Part shown: positions 13,453-26,011 of the stretch, in pieces | Layout: every line of letters begins with the position of its first letter | Position numbering within the stretch: the first letter of the stretch is position 1 | From: Nemertoderma westbladi | Taxonomy: Eukaryota; Animalia; Xenacoelomorpha | Assembly (NCBI GenBank): GCA_032718475.1 | Contig: JAUCBJ010007173.1 | Span: forward strand, 124,001-188,000 | DNA length: 64,000 bases | Reading direction: 5' to 3' | Translations under genes and position numbers: made by a program | The notes under the pieces: model-generated | Seen by the model: the letters and a program-made list of their open reading frames with translations, nothing else | Database searches by the model: none | Told to the model about the DNA's origin: nothing

Positions 13453-13464
13453 CACACTGCGCCA
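13453..13464 (-). other. tRNA primer-binding site (probably tRNA-Ser)
   Basis: TGGCGCAGTGTG directly after the 5' LTR. The same PBS occurs at 61132-61143. Confidence 0.8.
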
Positions 13465-13713
13465 TGTAGGCGTATCTACTATTGCTGCGAGGCAGCAGAC
13501 GAATAAAACCTTTGTCTATAGCAGATACTGTCAGATAGATATGTATAATAGGGTCCTCCGGGGACCGGTCACGGCATGTAACAAGTGGCCTAGATAAAAG
13601 AATATGTACTGCAGTGCTCTGACTAACACCGACATACTGACTGTCCAACCCCGGTAGGTCTCTCCCCCCTCGTCCCAGGGTGTCCGTGGGGCGAGCCATA
13701 TATTATCACCACA
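13465..13713 (-). repeat. 5' LTR of nested Mag-like element
   Basis: Direct repeat of 8690-8938. Confidence 0.95.
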
Positions 13714-13718
13714 GCTCC

Positions 13719-16700
13719 CTTGGCTTGTCTAATGTCAGCCGTGGTAAGATGAGGAGGCCATTCATCCTCTTCTTTACTTAGGAAGTCGGGTCCACCTAAC
13801 CAGTCTGGAGTATCTATCAGTTCTTGAGGGGTTGCTCCTCTAGAGGCGATGTCGGCTGGATTAATCGTCCCAGGGCAATGTCTCCATTGATCTACATTCG
13901 AGCGACTAAGTATAATGGCTACTCTGTTGGTAACGAAGATGCTGAACTGACAGACTTCATTGGTTATATACTCCAAAACGAGTAAAGCATCAGTCCAATA
14001 GACAGTTTTCTCCAGTGGATAGTCGATCTGTTCTGTTACATTCCGGCCGATGGCTGTAGCATATAGAGCCGCCTTTAACTCCGCTCGAGGAACTCGTAGT
14101 TTGTTGTTTATCAAGGCCTTAGAGGTGACCAAGGCAACTTTGATTCCATCCGGAGTTTCAACCCTCAGGTAGGCTACTATACCTATTCGCATATCGCTGG
14201 CGTCTCCAAACACATGGAGTTGATAGGAATACGTGGGGAGAACATGACCAAAATATGAATGGGAAATCGTAAAGTTCTCGATGGATGGTAGAGAATCTTC
14301 CCATTTCATGCACTTCTTTAGTAGTTCTCCCGTAAGTGGATCATCCCACGAGTGGTTTTCAAGCCACATTTGTTGCACTAAGCTCCGAGCAACCAATATA
14401 ACTGGACTAATAAATCCCAATGATAAGTGCTCAGGATACTTAGACAAATCCGTTTAGTTCTAACTGGATTATCTCGCTGTTTTAACTGGAAAAACAAGAT
14501 ATCTCTCTCCGTGTCCCATTTTAAACCAATCGTTTTGGTTTCTGGAAGGTTGTCCTTGATGAGGTCCAGATTTTTAACGCCTCGGTCTTCTACCGGAATC
14601 GATTCCAGACACTCACGGGAGTTACTAGTGAATTTGGTTAGTCGAAATCCACCGCGTTGCAAGCACTCTACCGTTCCCTTGGCAACATCAATGGCTTCTT
14701 CCACCGATGGGAGGGACTTTAAATTGTCGTCCATGTATATATCCCGTTTGATGTTGTCGATAACCGCTTTAGAGAAGGTGTCTCTGTTGTCAGTAGTACG
14801 CACTACTGAACAAGCGTTCGAGGGGCTCGAGATGATCCCGAAAGCCTGGATGGTCATCCAGTACTCCACCGGTTTTAGGTTGAGATCTCCTTCAGGCCAC
14901 CACAGAAATCATAGGCTGTCTCGATCCCTATCCAGTGCCTTGACTTGTAAGAACATGCCTTCTATATCCGAAGCGAAAGCGATAGAATATTGCCGTAATC
15001 TTAATAGTATTCCCAACAAGGATTGGAGTAAGTTGGGTCCCGGCAACAATTCAGAGTTCAGGGATTGACCCATGTAAAGGGCGGAGCCGTCGAACACTAC
15101 CCGGACTTCGTTGGGTTTACCGGGTTTGGGAACGTAATGATGTGTTAGATAATACGTTCTCTCTGTTATGGGTGTTTCTTCCGGTACTCTCTCCACGTAT
15201 CCCTTATCAATAAATTTCTTCAGCTGGGTTTTATACATTTCCCTAGCTGAAACATTGGCTGTAAGACGCCGATGTAGTTGCGCGATTCTCTTTTCCGCTA
15301 AAGGTCGGTTATTTATAAAGTTGGGTTCTCGCCGTCAGAACGGAAGACCAATCTCATCTCGACCTTCATCTTTCAGAAAACGGGTAGTCGTTTCCTGAAT
15401 CTGCTTGGCTCTCTCTTCCTCGATGGACAAGGCCTTGTCGTAGGAATTAGGCTCTACGGCTTCTTGAGTAAAGAATCGTACGGTGTGTTCATCGCGAAAT
15501 TTATTGTTGTATCGATCTATCACTTCGTTTAATTCGTCGTTGTAGGTGAATTGTCCGCCATGATTGATGAGATGGCACAGGTTTACTTGGTTTAACCAAG
15601 TTTCATTTTCGGTGAGGAGGTCGATTGTATTTTCCTCGTCGTATAATTGGTTAATATCGTAATTATCTGAGGAGTATGGTGTTCCCTCAGTTGTGGTTTC
15701 TCCCTCACTGATTTCTTCTTCCCATTCACTCACCTGATGTATCATCTCATGAGGGAGTCTTTCCATTAGTGTTCTACGGGAAGGTCCAGTGAAGTACCAA
15801 CCTACTCTCGTTCTTCCCGCGTACGTTTGTAATGGTTGCGGTCGAGCAGGCCTTTTTCTAATGTCTCAAGCGCCTTGTGCGCATTTTGGCCGATTAATAT
15901 CTGCACCCCTAGGTAGTCAGTGTTGAATCTAGGAATATCATGCTGCTGGGTAAAATGGTCTTCATCGCAGTTGTAAGGTTCCACTTGGCTGGTAGCAAAG
16001 TTCTTTATCGTCACCATTTTTATTGACCTTATGCTATGTTCTCCTAGTTCATCCTGGGGAGTGGACAATGCACACACATAGTAATCTGTAGCTACTGTGG
16101 ATTTCCAAACCTGCATAATTCCTGAAAGGTTCAACTTAGTTCGGAACTTGGGTTGTCCAGCAAAGATGTCTTCGGCTAGTTCTTTGTCAATGAATGTACC
16201 TGTGCTGCTGGAGTCAAGGAGGGCGTTTGCTATCAAGCTTTTCCCTAGTCCATGGACTCTCAGCTGCACTACAGGGAATTCCCGGATTCCGACGTTGTAA
16301 GTCGGCGCTTTCCAAGATGGTTGCCGGTCCGGAATAGTCAGTCGAGGATCTTCATCGTTTGTTTCAGTCTTATACGTAAGTGCTCGATACACTGCGGTGT
16401 TTATCATATAACAGGATTCGTTTTCGTCTTAGAATTCGTCCGTGTTGAATCCTTCCATCTCAGAGCTGTGGTCAGTGTCGTTCACATCACTGAATTGGAC
16501 ATGTAGTTCGGGCTCACTTACCTGACTCGTGCGGGTTCTGTCAAATTCTGTGTGCAGCAAGATATGATGTTTCGCGCCGCACTTAGCACACCTCGCGTCT
16601 GAGTAACAGGTCCGCCATTGGTGTCCTTGTCTGAGACAATTATAACACAACCGCTTATCCCACATGACATCACGTCTATCCTTTAGGGATTTCTTCAAGA

Positions 16701-17148
16701 ATTCATCACATCCACTCAAGCGATGGGGCCCGTCGCACAATGCACATTTGGGTTTGATGTTACTTACTTTAACCTGTGTGGTGTTGTGCACACTTGTTCT
16801 TTCCTCGGGTTTTCTTCCATGAATTATCTTAGGAGACGTTGGAGGAGTTGTTACCTGCTCTCTCCTGTCACTGGTTCGAGATTTAGATTTACTTACGTCT
16901 TTCTTCAGTTTGTTTACATAATAAGATCTTTTGGTGTCTTTCCCGCTGTTCTCCTCGTGGGAGGTTTGGCTTTCGCCGTCGTCTGTATAACACACTGGTG
17001 TTACCTTTCTCCTAGAAACGGGTTTTTCACTCACCTTATGTTCCGGTGTCTTCTCTCGGGACTGCTTTAGGAGCTGTAATCTTACCTCTCCATTTAAGAA
17101 TGACATGAGATCAGCCATGGTAGGGTCCCTTTGTTGCTGGTCCATCAT
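13719..17148 (-). pseudogene. pol: BEL element 1 gag knuckles, protease, RT and RNase H (fragmented)
   Basis: ORF pieces 16429-17148, 15802-16407, 15335-15766, 14909-15238, 14378-14869 and 13623-14447 carry consecutive BEL motifs. Confidence 0.9.
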
Positions 17149-17166
17149 ATAGAGAACTCTTTTGTC

Positions 17167-20030
17167 TCAACAAGTACCTACTCCACCCTTTGGCAAAGTA
17201 GATGCTACAGCTCCAACAACCATGGAACTCTGATATTCCTGAGACTTACCTAACCAATCTAGTTGTCTACAGATCTCCTGAATCTCATCGGAAAACTCTA
17301 TAATCCCGCTGCTAAGGAACTTTCGGGGCGCTACTAATTTCGCATACAAATACCTAGCTATGTTAGTCCTATTACCATACCTGATGTTTAGTGTATCCCA
17401 AACTTGTCTTAATCCATCTGGATGTCCAATAAACTTTAACGCCATTAACTTGGGAGGTCCTTCCAAGCACTCGATGAGGAATCTAAGTTTCTCTCCGTTA
17501 GATATTACAGAGTTCTGTATGTTATCTTTATAAAATTCATTAAAAGGTAACCATTTCATCTCATCTCCATTGAACTTGACAACCTCTCCCACCTTTACCG
17601 CTTGACGGGCTTCAGTTCTAGCCATTTGATGCGTAAAACTTTCTTGGGCCATCGTATTATTTAATATCGAGTTATCGGTATATACATTTCTCGGATTATG
17701 ATCAGGTCTATATGGAATATCATTATCAACAGGTTTATAATTACCCTTAATAGGGTTTACTATAGGAGTTTCTACTTCACTAGCAGTATAGATGCATGTA
17801 GGCTCCACACCTTGCGCATGAAATACTTCAGACCTAACAGGTTGACACATCGTTACAGGGGGTGGTGGTATACCCATTTGTATATTTACTAATTTATCGC
17901 GCTCTAAAGCGATACGCTGCTGCACTTCTTGCAACTCTAACCTACTCTCTCTTACTGTTCCCTTTAACTGCTGAACAGTCCCTTCCAACTCTCGGACCTG
18001 CTGGGAAGAATGTAATTTATGTTCCTCCAGCTGCCTGAGCAGGCGATCCATCCCCCGCCGTCCCTCGTCTACCCACTCTACCGCCGAAGCGGGAGCCGCC
18101 AACATAGTAGCGGGTTGACGCGTAGGGACGACGGGCGACAAATCATTTATGTCTTGCTCGGCATCCAGGACCGGGAGTGATTCAGGGGCTGTTCTACTGG
18201 GCACAGGTAGTTTAGTACTGTGCAAAGGGAATTTAGAGTTAGGTTCTGGAAGTACAGGTGTCTCTATCACAGAGGGAGTGGCTTCGAGGACAGGCCTAAT
18301 TATTTCAGGCTCATCTACTATAGTAGGGAGTCTTTCTACTCTAATAATTTGGTCTGTAGGCTCAGGATTACTTAACTCTACACTAGCTAGTTGCCTTCTC
18401 ACAGTTGGAGGCAAATTAGGCAATTTCTGCCGGTATGGCGCTCTTCTACGTCCGCTTGAACAAGATTTATTTCCTCTACCTTCAGGATCTATTGTATCGC
18501 CTTCATCAGAGGATGTAAATCCCTGTCTCCTGGGAGTAGATTGACTTAGCAGCTGCATCTGAGTAGCTGTTCTCTGTTTCTTCAAGTAATCTTGTTTCGC
18601 TTGAAGGTTCTCCAGCTCTAGTTGGGTAGTCGCTTCAGACGCCTTCAGTTCTGCTTCTGCCACTGCCGCCTTTCTTTCAGCCTCTGCAGCTAACGCCTTC
18701 CTCTCAGATTCTGCCGCTGCCGCTTCCGCTGCCGCTTTTCTTTCAGCCTCTGCAGCTTTTCTTTCAGTCTCTGCAGCTGACGCCTTCCTCTCAGATTCTG
18801 CTGCTGCCGCTGCTGCTGCTGCTTTTCTTTCAGATTCCGCCGCTGCTGCTGATCTTCGGTCTTCTATTTGCCATTTGTTTAATTGTTCATCTTGATCCAT
18901 TGCCATGAGGATGCTTTCATCAAATTTAGCCTGCTCCGCAGCTAATATTTCCGCATCTAACGAGTCCAACACAAATTTGGCTCCCTCACTATTAGGGTGA
19001 AGTCCAGCTAGCCGTCTCCTTAACTCTTTGTCACCTATAACTCGTTGATAGTCCGACAGATAGATGTCAATAGCATCCTTCTTCTGAGGTTTCTCGGATG
19101 TAACTTTGCCTTCCACCTGAGAAAAGGTAGCGTCTGTTGATTCTCCGTGGGTCATGCGCTCGGTTAGCTGAATTTTCCATGAGGCTGTTCCTTGGACTTT
19201 AAGACTCACCCGTTGGAACCAAGTCTTTATGGCGACTTGCAACGACGTGTCTTGGCTTCTCTTCGAGGCTTCCTCAAAGGCTGAAAGGATTAGTCTGATC
19301 CGTAGAATTCGTTCTCGAACTTGATAAAGCAGCTCTCCCTGCTCTTGAGGTCCGTGAGGTTGTTGAAACAGGTGTTCCTCTAATCGCTCCAAAGAGCTGA
19401 AGAATCCCTGGACATATCCTGCTGCCGACCTCTTCCACACAGCGGGATCTCGAGTATCCTTTACTACTCCCATCCGGTATAAGTCCTCCCAGGCAGCTTC
19501 CGATAAGTTAAACGAGAGTCCGGGCCGGGGAAGTTCCATTGCGTCTCGACAATAGACTTCAGTTCCTCCATCGTGTATCCCGCATAACTGTCCCTGGTCG
19601 ATCGCTTACTTCTCACCCAATCGATTTGATGTTCTTCCACAGCGATCAATACTCTCGTGAGTACAGCTCCAGGAAGAATTAGAAGTGGATCTGGATAAAC
19701 CGCTTCTGCCATCATTGCTCCGATCTCGGGTGTCAACTCTACAGTGTCTGAACTGCTAGAGTTATCGGGCCATTGAGAAATAATTTCTCGGTTCGGGTGC
19801 TGCTGCTGTTTAACAGCTGCCTCTTGGTCGCGCTTGACTTGAGCCCTAGTGCCTATGATAGACCTATGGTACTTTACTAGTCTAGGGTCTGATACTACTA
19901 CTGTAGGGATGACCTTTCTTACAGTAGGAGGGGACTTGGACTTCGGTCTCCGATTTTCTATACTCCTATCTGAGTCACAGACTGTTCTTTCTAGGAGACT
20001 ATCTGACAGTGTTTGCTTTGTATCAGCCAT
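17167..20030 (-). pseudogene. gag: BEL element 1 gag N-terminal region (frameshift near 19540, stop at 17167)
   Basis: Coiled-coil segments with AAEAERK repeats, then VKFNGDEMKWLPF..EKLRFLIECLEG..LNIRYG typical of Pao gag. Homologous to 29992-31749. Confidence 0.85.
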
Positions 20031-21857
20031 GATTTATTTTACAGTTGAATGCCTACTACTATAACGACAGTCAAAGCAAGTCTAGTAATTCAGTATCAAC
20101 TGTAAGCCTAGTAATTAATTACCGATACCGTTACTCAGTGTAACGTGATATATATAATATATTAAAATACTGGTATACACTTATAGTATATATATAAGTA
20201 TTATTATAGACTAGAATTAGTCACAGAATACCGGTATATAATTTCAGCCTAAATTTATATAAATATATATAATAAGCCTACCGTAAATACCGGTATACAC
20301 CTATAGTATATATAAGTATTATTACAGACTAGGATTAGTCACAGAATACCGGTATATAATTTCAGCCTAAATTTATATAAATATATATAATAAGCCTACC
20401 TTAAATACCGGTAATGTCAATTATTGATAATAACTGAATTTCTGAATTTTAGGGTTACTTTCCTTTACTTTATTACTGTTATTAAGCAGTAGTCCAACTG
20501 ATATTAAGACCTAATTGATGTATAACAGGCCTACTATTTTATAAATCGGTTTGAGTTGATTTATAATATATTATGTACCCGTACAAGGGTTTTTGACAAT
20601 ATTTGAAATAAATGTTGTTATTTCTGGGTAAGGAGTCACTACACAGATAATTCTACTTTACTAAGTTACTTATCACTACAAATTACTTACAATTGCAGTT
20701 TGAGATTACAATCTCTAAATAAACACTAAAAGTTACACATACAATTTTTAGGGTAATTTTACAAGAAATCTACAAACCAGCCTAACAAGGAGTTAGAATT
20801 TCTGGCTCTTACAAACTGACAGGATACTACGGTATTTGAAAACAATAAAGCAGTAGTAAGTAAATTGCGTTGTCCAGGATAAGGAAATACCACCGTCTGA
20901 TGACTTATAGTCTTAGCTCTATAAGTACTACGTTATGTACCCGGAGTGTCCTTACCTAGAAGTTAATTACCGAAGCCAACCAGAGCTAACGTGCCTATTA
21001 ACCACGTTACAACACAAATATACTGCCTACACACAAAATTACTTTCGGAAAGCACTGTACTCTAAACCCTAAATTAGGTACGGTACAAGTACTTATACAA
21101 CAAATAACCAGCAGTTAAATATACTTGAACAGCCAAAAGAACCACGGTATCTGCTGGAGTGACCGGAGCACAAAATCACCAGTCTTTACCTACGCCAAGC
21201 AGCCCTGATGTAGTACCGGGGTTAATTTAACTATAACGGTATGTATAACAAGCACAATTACTGTAGGAATAAACTTGGGGAGTTGGAGGTTGCGAATACT
21301 CACATAGACTCTGAATAATAAATATTACGCTACCCGTGCAGACTATACAAACAAAACACAGACCAAATGCTGGCAGACTACTGTCAAGCCTAAATAAACT
21401 ACAGTATATGCAGACTCCGAAATGGTTAGTTAGTAGGCGTTCTAACCAAGTAGTACGGCTTATTCTTTCATGGAGGATTTACCTTACAGCACTGGATGCC
21501 TCCACCTTCCTAACTAGCACTTTATCGGACAGACACTCTACATACACTGCAATCGCATCAGACCTAACAACAGTTAGACAACAATCCGGCCTACAAATTT
21601 TTTATAAAATCTGAGCAGGCTTACACGCCTTCTGCTCAATATTACACTTACAGATAAATAAAACTGACAGAAATAAGTAAAATCCCAATAAAAACCAGGG
21701 ATGAAGTCCCCGATTAAATATTAAGACCTACCGGTATATAATTATCACAATCGAAATAATACTGCTGTACCTGTAAGTACCGGTTCGGATCAGGCCTACA
21801 GTTTACCGTCCTACCGGTACATTCGACTTTATTGCCTACGGCGCAATAAAGAAACCC
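20031..21857 (-). other. Long AT-rich 5' leader of BEL element 1 with ~119-bp tandem duplications (20165-20415)
   Basis: Non-coding. Homologous to 31750-33990 and, inverted, to 63375-64000. Confidence 0.75.
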
Positions 21858-21869
21858 TAAATCTATTAA
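21858..21869 (-). other. Non-tRNA primer-binding site of element 1 (TTAATAGATTTA)
   Basis: Abuts the 5' LTR, lacks TGG, and is exactly complementary to LTR positions 22656-22667. Confidence 0.8.
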
Positions 21870-23044
21870 TGTTTGCGCTTTCAGACCTTTAGCAGTTTAA
21901 CCTGCCAATTTTAATTGTCCTTTTCTTTATAAATCGACTTTAGCCCTTACCAATTACCTGGTGTGCTGAAGTTACATCCGCCGAAGCCAGTCCGTTCGCG
22001 GCGTATGACCCACGGTGTGGGAGACTGGATTTGGATTCCTTGGGAAGTATTGCAGTGTAGACCTACTGTATTATTCGATTGATTGCTACTATATAAATTC
22101 TGACAACTATATTTACTTTCGGGGAAATATTAACAGTTCCTTTAGGACATGGCGCTTTAAGTATAAAAACAGAGTTATGACTTATACTAATCACAACTAG
22201 ATGGCCACAGAGTTACGTAAATAGTGCATTCTTTAGGAGATGCTTTATTAACCTTCACACTACTTCACACGACTTCACACGACTTCACACTACTTCACAC
22301 TACTTTACACTACTTCGCACTAATTTGCCGACCATCACTGAATTTGATCATATATAAGGAGGATTGCGACTGACACACGTAGGGATTATGAAATAGCATT
22401 TAATTCACACAAAACCACTGTAATTTAAGTCGCAGTTGCTACCGGTAGACTCTATTCCTCTTACCTCAGTAATCAAGAAGTTTGAGGGGTTTATGATTAT
22501 TTATCGGTATTCTCCAAATATAACATCAACATCCATTAATATAACAACAATTAATATTATATAAAACAGAAGTAAAATAGTGCGGTGAAATGAGTTAAGT
22601 GTCCAGTGTCCGGAGGGTGAGTAAGACAGTTATTCAGTAGGTAAGTAAGTTCAGGTTAATAGATTTACGTTCTTATAACCAAGGCCATCAGATGTTCCTG
22701 GGCCAAAGTCTAAAACTTCCGTACAGAAGCACAGAATCCTGAGTTGAATCTAATTCTCAGAAAATAGTGATAATTGAATCTAATTCTCAGAAAATAATAA
22801 TAATAACCATCATGCATTGCGCGAGTTTCTCGGGTAGGGCTCTGTTAGCCGTAAAGTGAAAATTGCTCTGATTGGCTAAAAGCCGGAACAAAGAAACCTC
22901 CACGTACACAGAGAATCAGCTGACAGATTTCGTCATCCTGGTTCTAATTCCTTTCCGACGCGTAGTTGAATAATTTTAGGGCTATTTTAGAGTATTCTGC
23001 GCATTGCGTAAAAATGACTTGTTATGTCTGCAAAAGCTTTTATG
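21870..23044 (-). repeat. 5' LTR of BEL element 1 (LTR B)
   Basis: Plus strand starts TGTTTGCGCTTT and ends AAAAGCTTTTA(TG), with the terminal dinucleotide mutated. Contains 10-bp CTTCACAC(T/G)A repeats and a CCAAT box. Confidence 0.88.
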
Positions 23045-23217
23045 CGCAGACCTTCACTGCGATGCATGCCACCGTTACTATCCTGGACGCGCCTATGAGG
23101 GAGTGTATGCGTTTCACCCCTACCTATTTCCCTAAATCGAACAGAAAACTCGTATTCCCAGTTATGAACTACTCAAACGTGTTGGTGAGTCCATTTCCAC
23201 CAAATATGTGAGAAAAT
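23045..23217 (+). pseudogene. Remnant of a related accessory ORF, left part, interrupted by element 2
   Basis: Translates ADLHCDACHRYYPGRAYEGVYAFHPYLFP*IEQKTRIPSYELLKRVGESISTKYVRK, homologous to 1404-2069. Confidence 0.85.
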
Positions 23218-24484
23218 TGTACGCGCTTTTGAAGACCTTTAGCAGTTTAACCTGCCAAAATTTATATGTCTTTTGATTTATAAATATACTTTAGAAGATG
23301 ACAAATATTTAATACCAATAAACACAACATTAGCAGAAGCCAGCCTAGTGCGCGTCCATTCACCCGCTGGATAATCCCGGGAGGCTGGATTCTGTCGGCT
23401 TAGATTATTATTGCAGTGAAGCTTACGGTATTGTATTATTCGATTGATCGTTAATAATTAATTTCTGACTAATATTATTCACTTTCGGGAAATATTAACA
23501 GTTCCTTTTAGGACGTGGCGCTCTATCTAAGTAAACAGAGATATGACTTATACTAATCACAACGGTAAGTCGGTAAGGCTTATGATTCACGTATGAGGCG
23601 CATTCTTTAGGAAATGCTTAGTTATCAGCCACAATCATGCACACTACCGGTAACGCACAATACTGCTCACTAATTTGCCGACCGTCAATGAATTTTATCA
23701 TATATAAAGAGAATAGCAACGGACTCATGTAGGGCTTATCAAATAGCATTAAATTCAATACACACCACAATAATATAAGTCGCAATCGCTATATATATAA
23801 CCCGCCTCTCTAACCTGTAGTGTATCAAGAAAATTGGGAAATTTGGGTTCTTTATAAATGTTCTCCAAATAATATTCAATCCACTGATACAAGATATGAC
23901 AACAGTAAAACATTAAGACGGTAGGTTAAGATATGATATGCACTGGTATGGACCGATATGTGAGTTGTTATGAACCGTTATGCACTGAGTTGAACTGATA
24001 ACAGTCATACGCTCTATAATTTAAGCCTACTAATGTTTTCTAGAGCCGGTGTTTCTGGCTTAGACAGCAATAACAACAAAGTATCAAGTAAAAAACTGTA
24101 AGACTGAACAATCCCAGTATGATCGGCTCAAAGCTCCACATCGACAGAGAGAATCGCTCTGATTGGCTGAAGCCAAACAAAGAACCATGCGTCCAATGGC
24201 TGTTTCCATTTAAGCAACCAGCTGCTAGATGTCGTAATCTGAATCATCACGGCTAAGCTGTGTAAAAGTATTTGCCGTATTGCGGGTTTTTTGCCTTACC
24301 ATGTCCGCTAAAACACGTATATAGCAGAATGACTTTTATGTCCGTTAAAACACCTGTAACGGTACCTTGCGGGCGAGGGGAATATTTATACAGTTAGAGA
24401 ACCTTTTTTAGAGTATTCCAGCGCCTGGGGGGAAACTGGATTGCGAAGCAAAGGGGCCAGTTATATCCCACAGAAGCTTTTACA
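23218..24484 (-). repeat. 3' LTR of BEL element 2 (LTR C)
   Basis: TGT..ACA termini, near-identical to 34004-35270, PPT at 24485-24492. Confidence 0.95.
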
Positions 24485-24562
24485 CCGCTCCCAGAAAATG
24501 GGATTTGAGTCTATAAAATATACAAAATCACAGTTTCTAATATACGTAAATACTCTAAACAG

Positions 24563-25650
24563 TTAGTCTTTCTTGCGCGGACGGCGTTTACGCAGTTTTT
24601 TAAAGCTAGCCAGAGTCCTTTTCTCTTTGGGGCGAGCCACTTTACAAGGAGGGCTATAACTCCTGGGTGAAGGGTGCAATATGATTGCATCAGAGGGTGT
24701 AGGATTATGGTCGGTGTATCCGTCAGTCGAAGTACCGGGTTGATTGACATCAACGTCAGGTGAGAGGGGTCTAACGGCTTTGAGAGCTCGTTTCAAGACA
24801 GCCGCTCTTACGGGTCCTTTACGAGTGGTCTGAACGAGGGCCGTGGGTGGACCATAGGCAGTTAGAAACTTCCGGGGTTTAATGGTCCTTTCCAACTCGC
24901 GTTTGCGGGCTCGGTATTCGTAAGGCCGTCGATATACTTCCTGTAACTCGGGGTGTGAGTTAACAAACAAGTCTCCATAGTCCGGATCCTGACGGATATA
25001 ATTGATTAAGTTATAGGAATGAAGGTCGCTAGGATTAACACTCCTGAGAAATTTGCGTACGAATTTGGTTGAAATACATTCTCCGACGCGCTTCAGTAGC
25101 TCGTAACTTGATATGCGTGATTTCTGTTCAACCGAAGCGAATAGATAAGGATGGAACGCATAAACTCCTTCGTAAGCGCGTCCGGGATAATAGCGATGGC
25201 GCGAATCACAATGTAAATCAACGTTCGCTTCCCAAGCTCTGATGTAACGCAGTGTGATCATTTCATCTACGCTTTCCAAATCGTGATTAAAAGGGCAGTC
25301 GAAACTAGCATGTCCCTTTAGTTGACAATGGTGACATTGAGTCATAAATTGAGGGCAAACCGCAAAGATATGCAGGTTATTGAGTCTGCAATATGCGCAA
25401 TAAATTTCCATAGTCGGTTGTTCTTTGAAATAGGAACAGCGGACGTTGGTGTCCATGGGCGTATCGTGGTCTCTCGATGCGCATAACCGACAACGTTGCC
25501 TAGAAACATAGTTGGCATGTCGATAATCGTACGCAGTGAGACACTGTGGACCTTGATACCATTCTAGGATGTAATCGTTGTCGCTGTTCTGGGCGCGATA
25601 GGCTGAATCTCCTCAGATTCTAGGCATATTGGTTCGTCTTCCCAGTCTGT
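24563..25650 (-). CDS. C-terminal part of accessory protein in element 2 (Cys/His knuckles, Lys/Arg-rich tail)
   Basis: The 297-aa ORF 24563-25456 is open upstream through DNDYILEWYQGPQC..CRLCASRDH to the deletion junction near 25650. Confidence 0.7.
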
Positions 25651-26011
25651 TACGAATAGAATTTTCGTGATCTATTCTCGGTTTATCGTTCCGACTCCGC
25701 TGGGTATGATATTTAAATAGAACCATTTCCCTTTCGGTGTCTACATCGTCCGTATCATGTAAATCGATAGGATGGCCGGTAGTTAGGAAGTCCATATACG
25801 TACTATTACGATGCGTATAGCGCGCGGTGGATTTTCGATAGTCCAATTCACGCGCAAGTTGCTCTTGGGACATCGGCGGTTCGATATAACGACCATCGTC
25901 CTCCATAATGGTTGGATCGGCTTCACCGCATATTAAGCTATCCACAAATGCTTGCAAAGGTAGAGTATATCGCTCCTTGATACCAAGATCATCTTCTATC
26001 AACTCCGTCAT
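25613..26011 (-). pseudogene. Truncated first accessory ORF of element 2
   Basis: MTELIEDDLGI.. homologous to 4298-5095, cut by the deletion near 25650. Confidence 0.75.

Larger units (their letters stand above)
8690..13713 (-). mobile_element. Ty3/Gypsy LTR retrotransposon (Mag-like) nested in BEL element 1 pol
   Basis: 249-bp TG..CA LTRs, 5-bp TSD GCTCC (8685-8689, 13714-13718), PBS TGGCGCAG, PPT at 8939-8943. The empty site is visible in element 2 near 27790. GC-rich gag-PR-RT-RH-IN. Confidence 0.96.
1..23044 (-). mobile_element. BEL/Pao LTR retrotransposon, element 1 (~18 kb without the nested Gypsy), decayed gag-pol plus 3' accessory ORFs
   Basis: Gag with three Cys/His knuckles (CALCDGPHRLSGC, CYNCLRQGHQWRTC, CAKCGAKHHILLH), protease LLDS, RT (RVVFDGS, SLNSELLPGP, IYMDD), Pao RNase H (LHVFGDAS, PRAELKAA, YWTD) and integrase (GVDLFGP, SDKGMNF, PWWGGSWER) in BEL order. 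LTRs at 1-1069 and 21870-23044. Confidence 0.93.
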
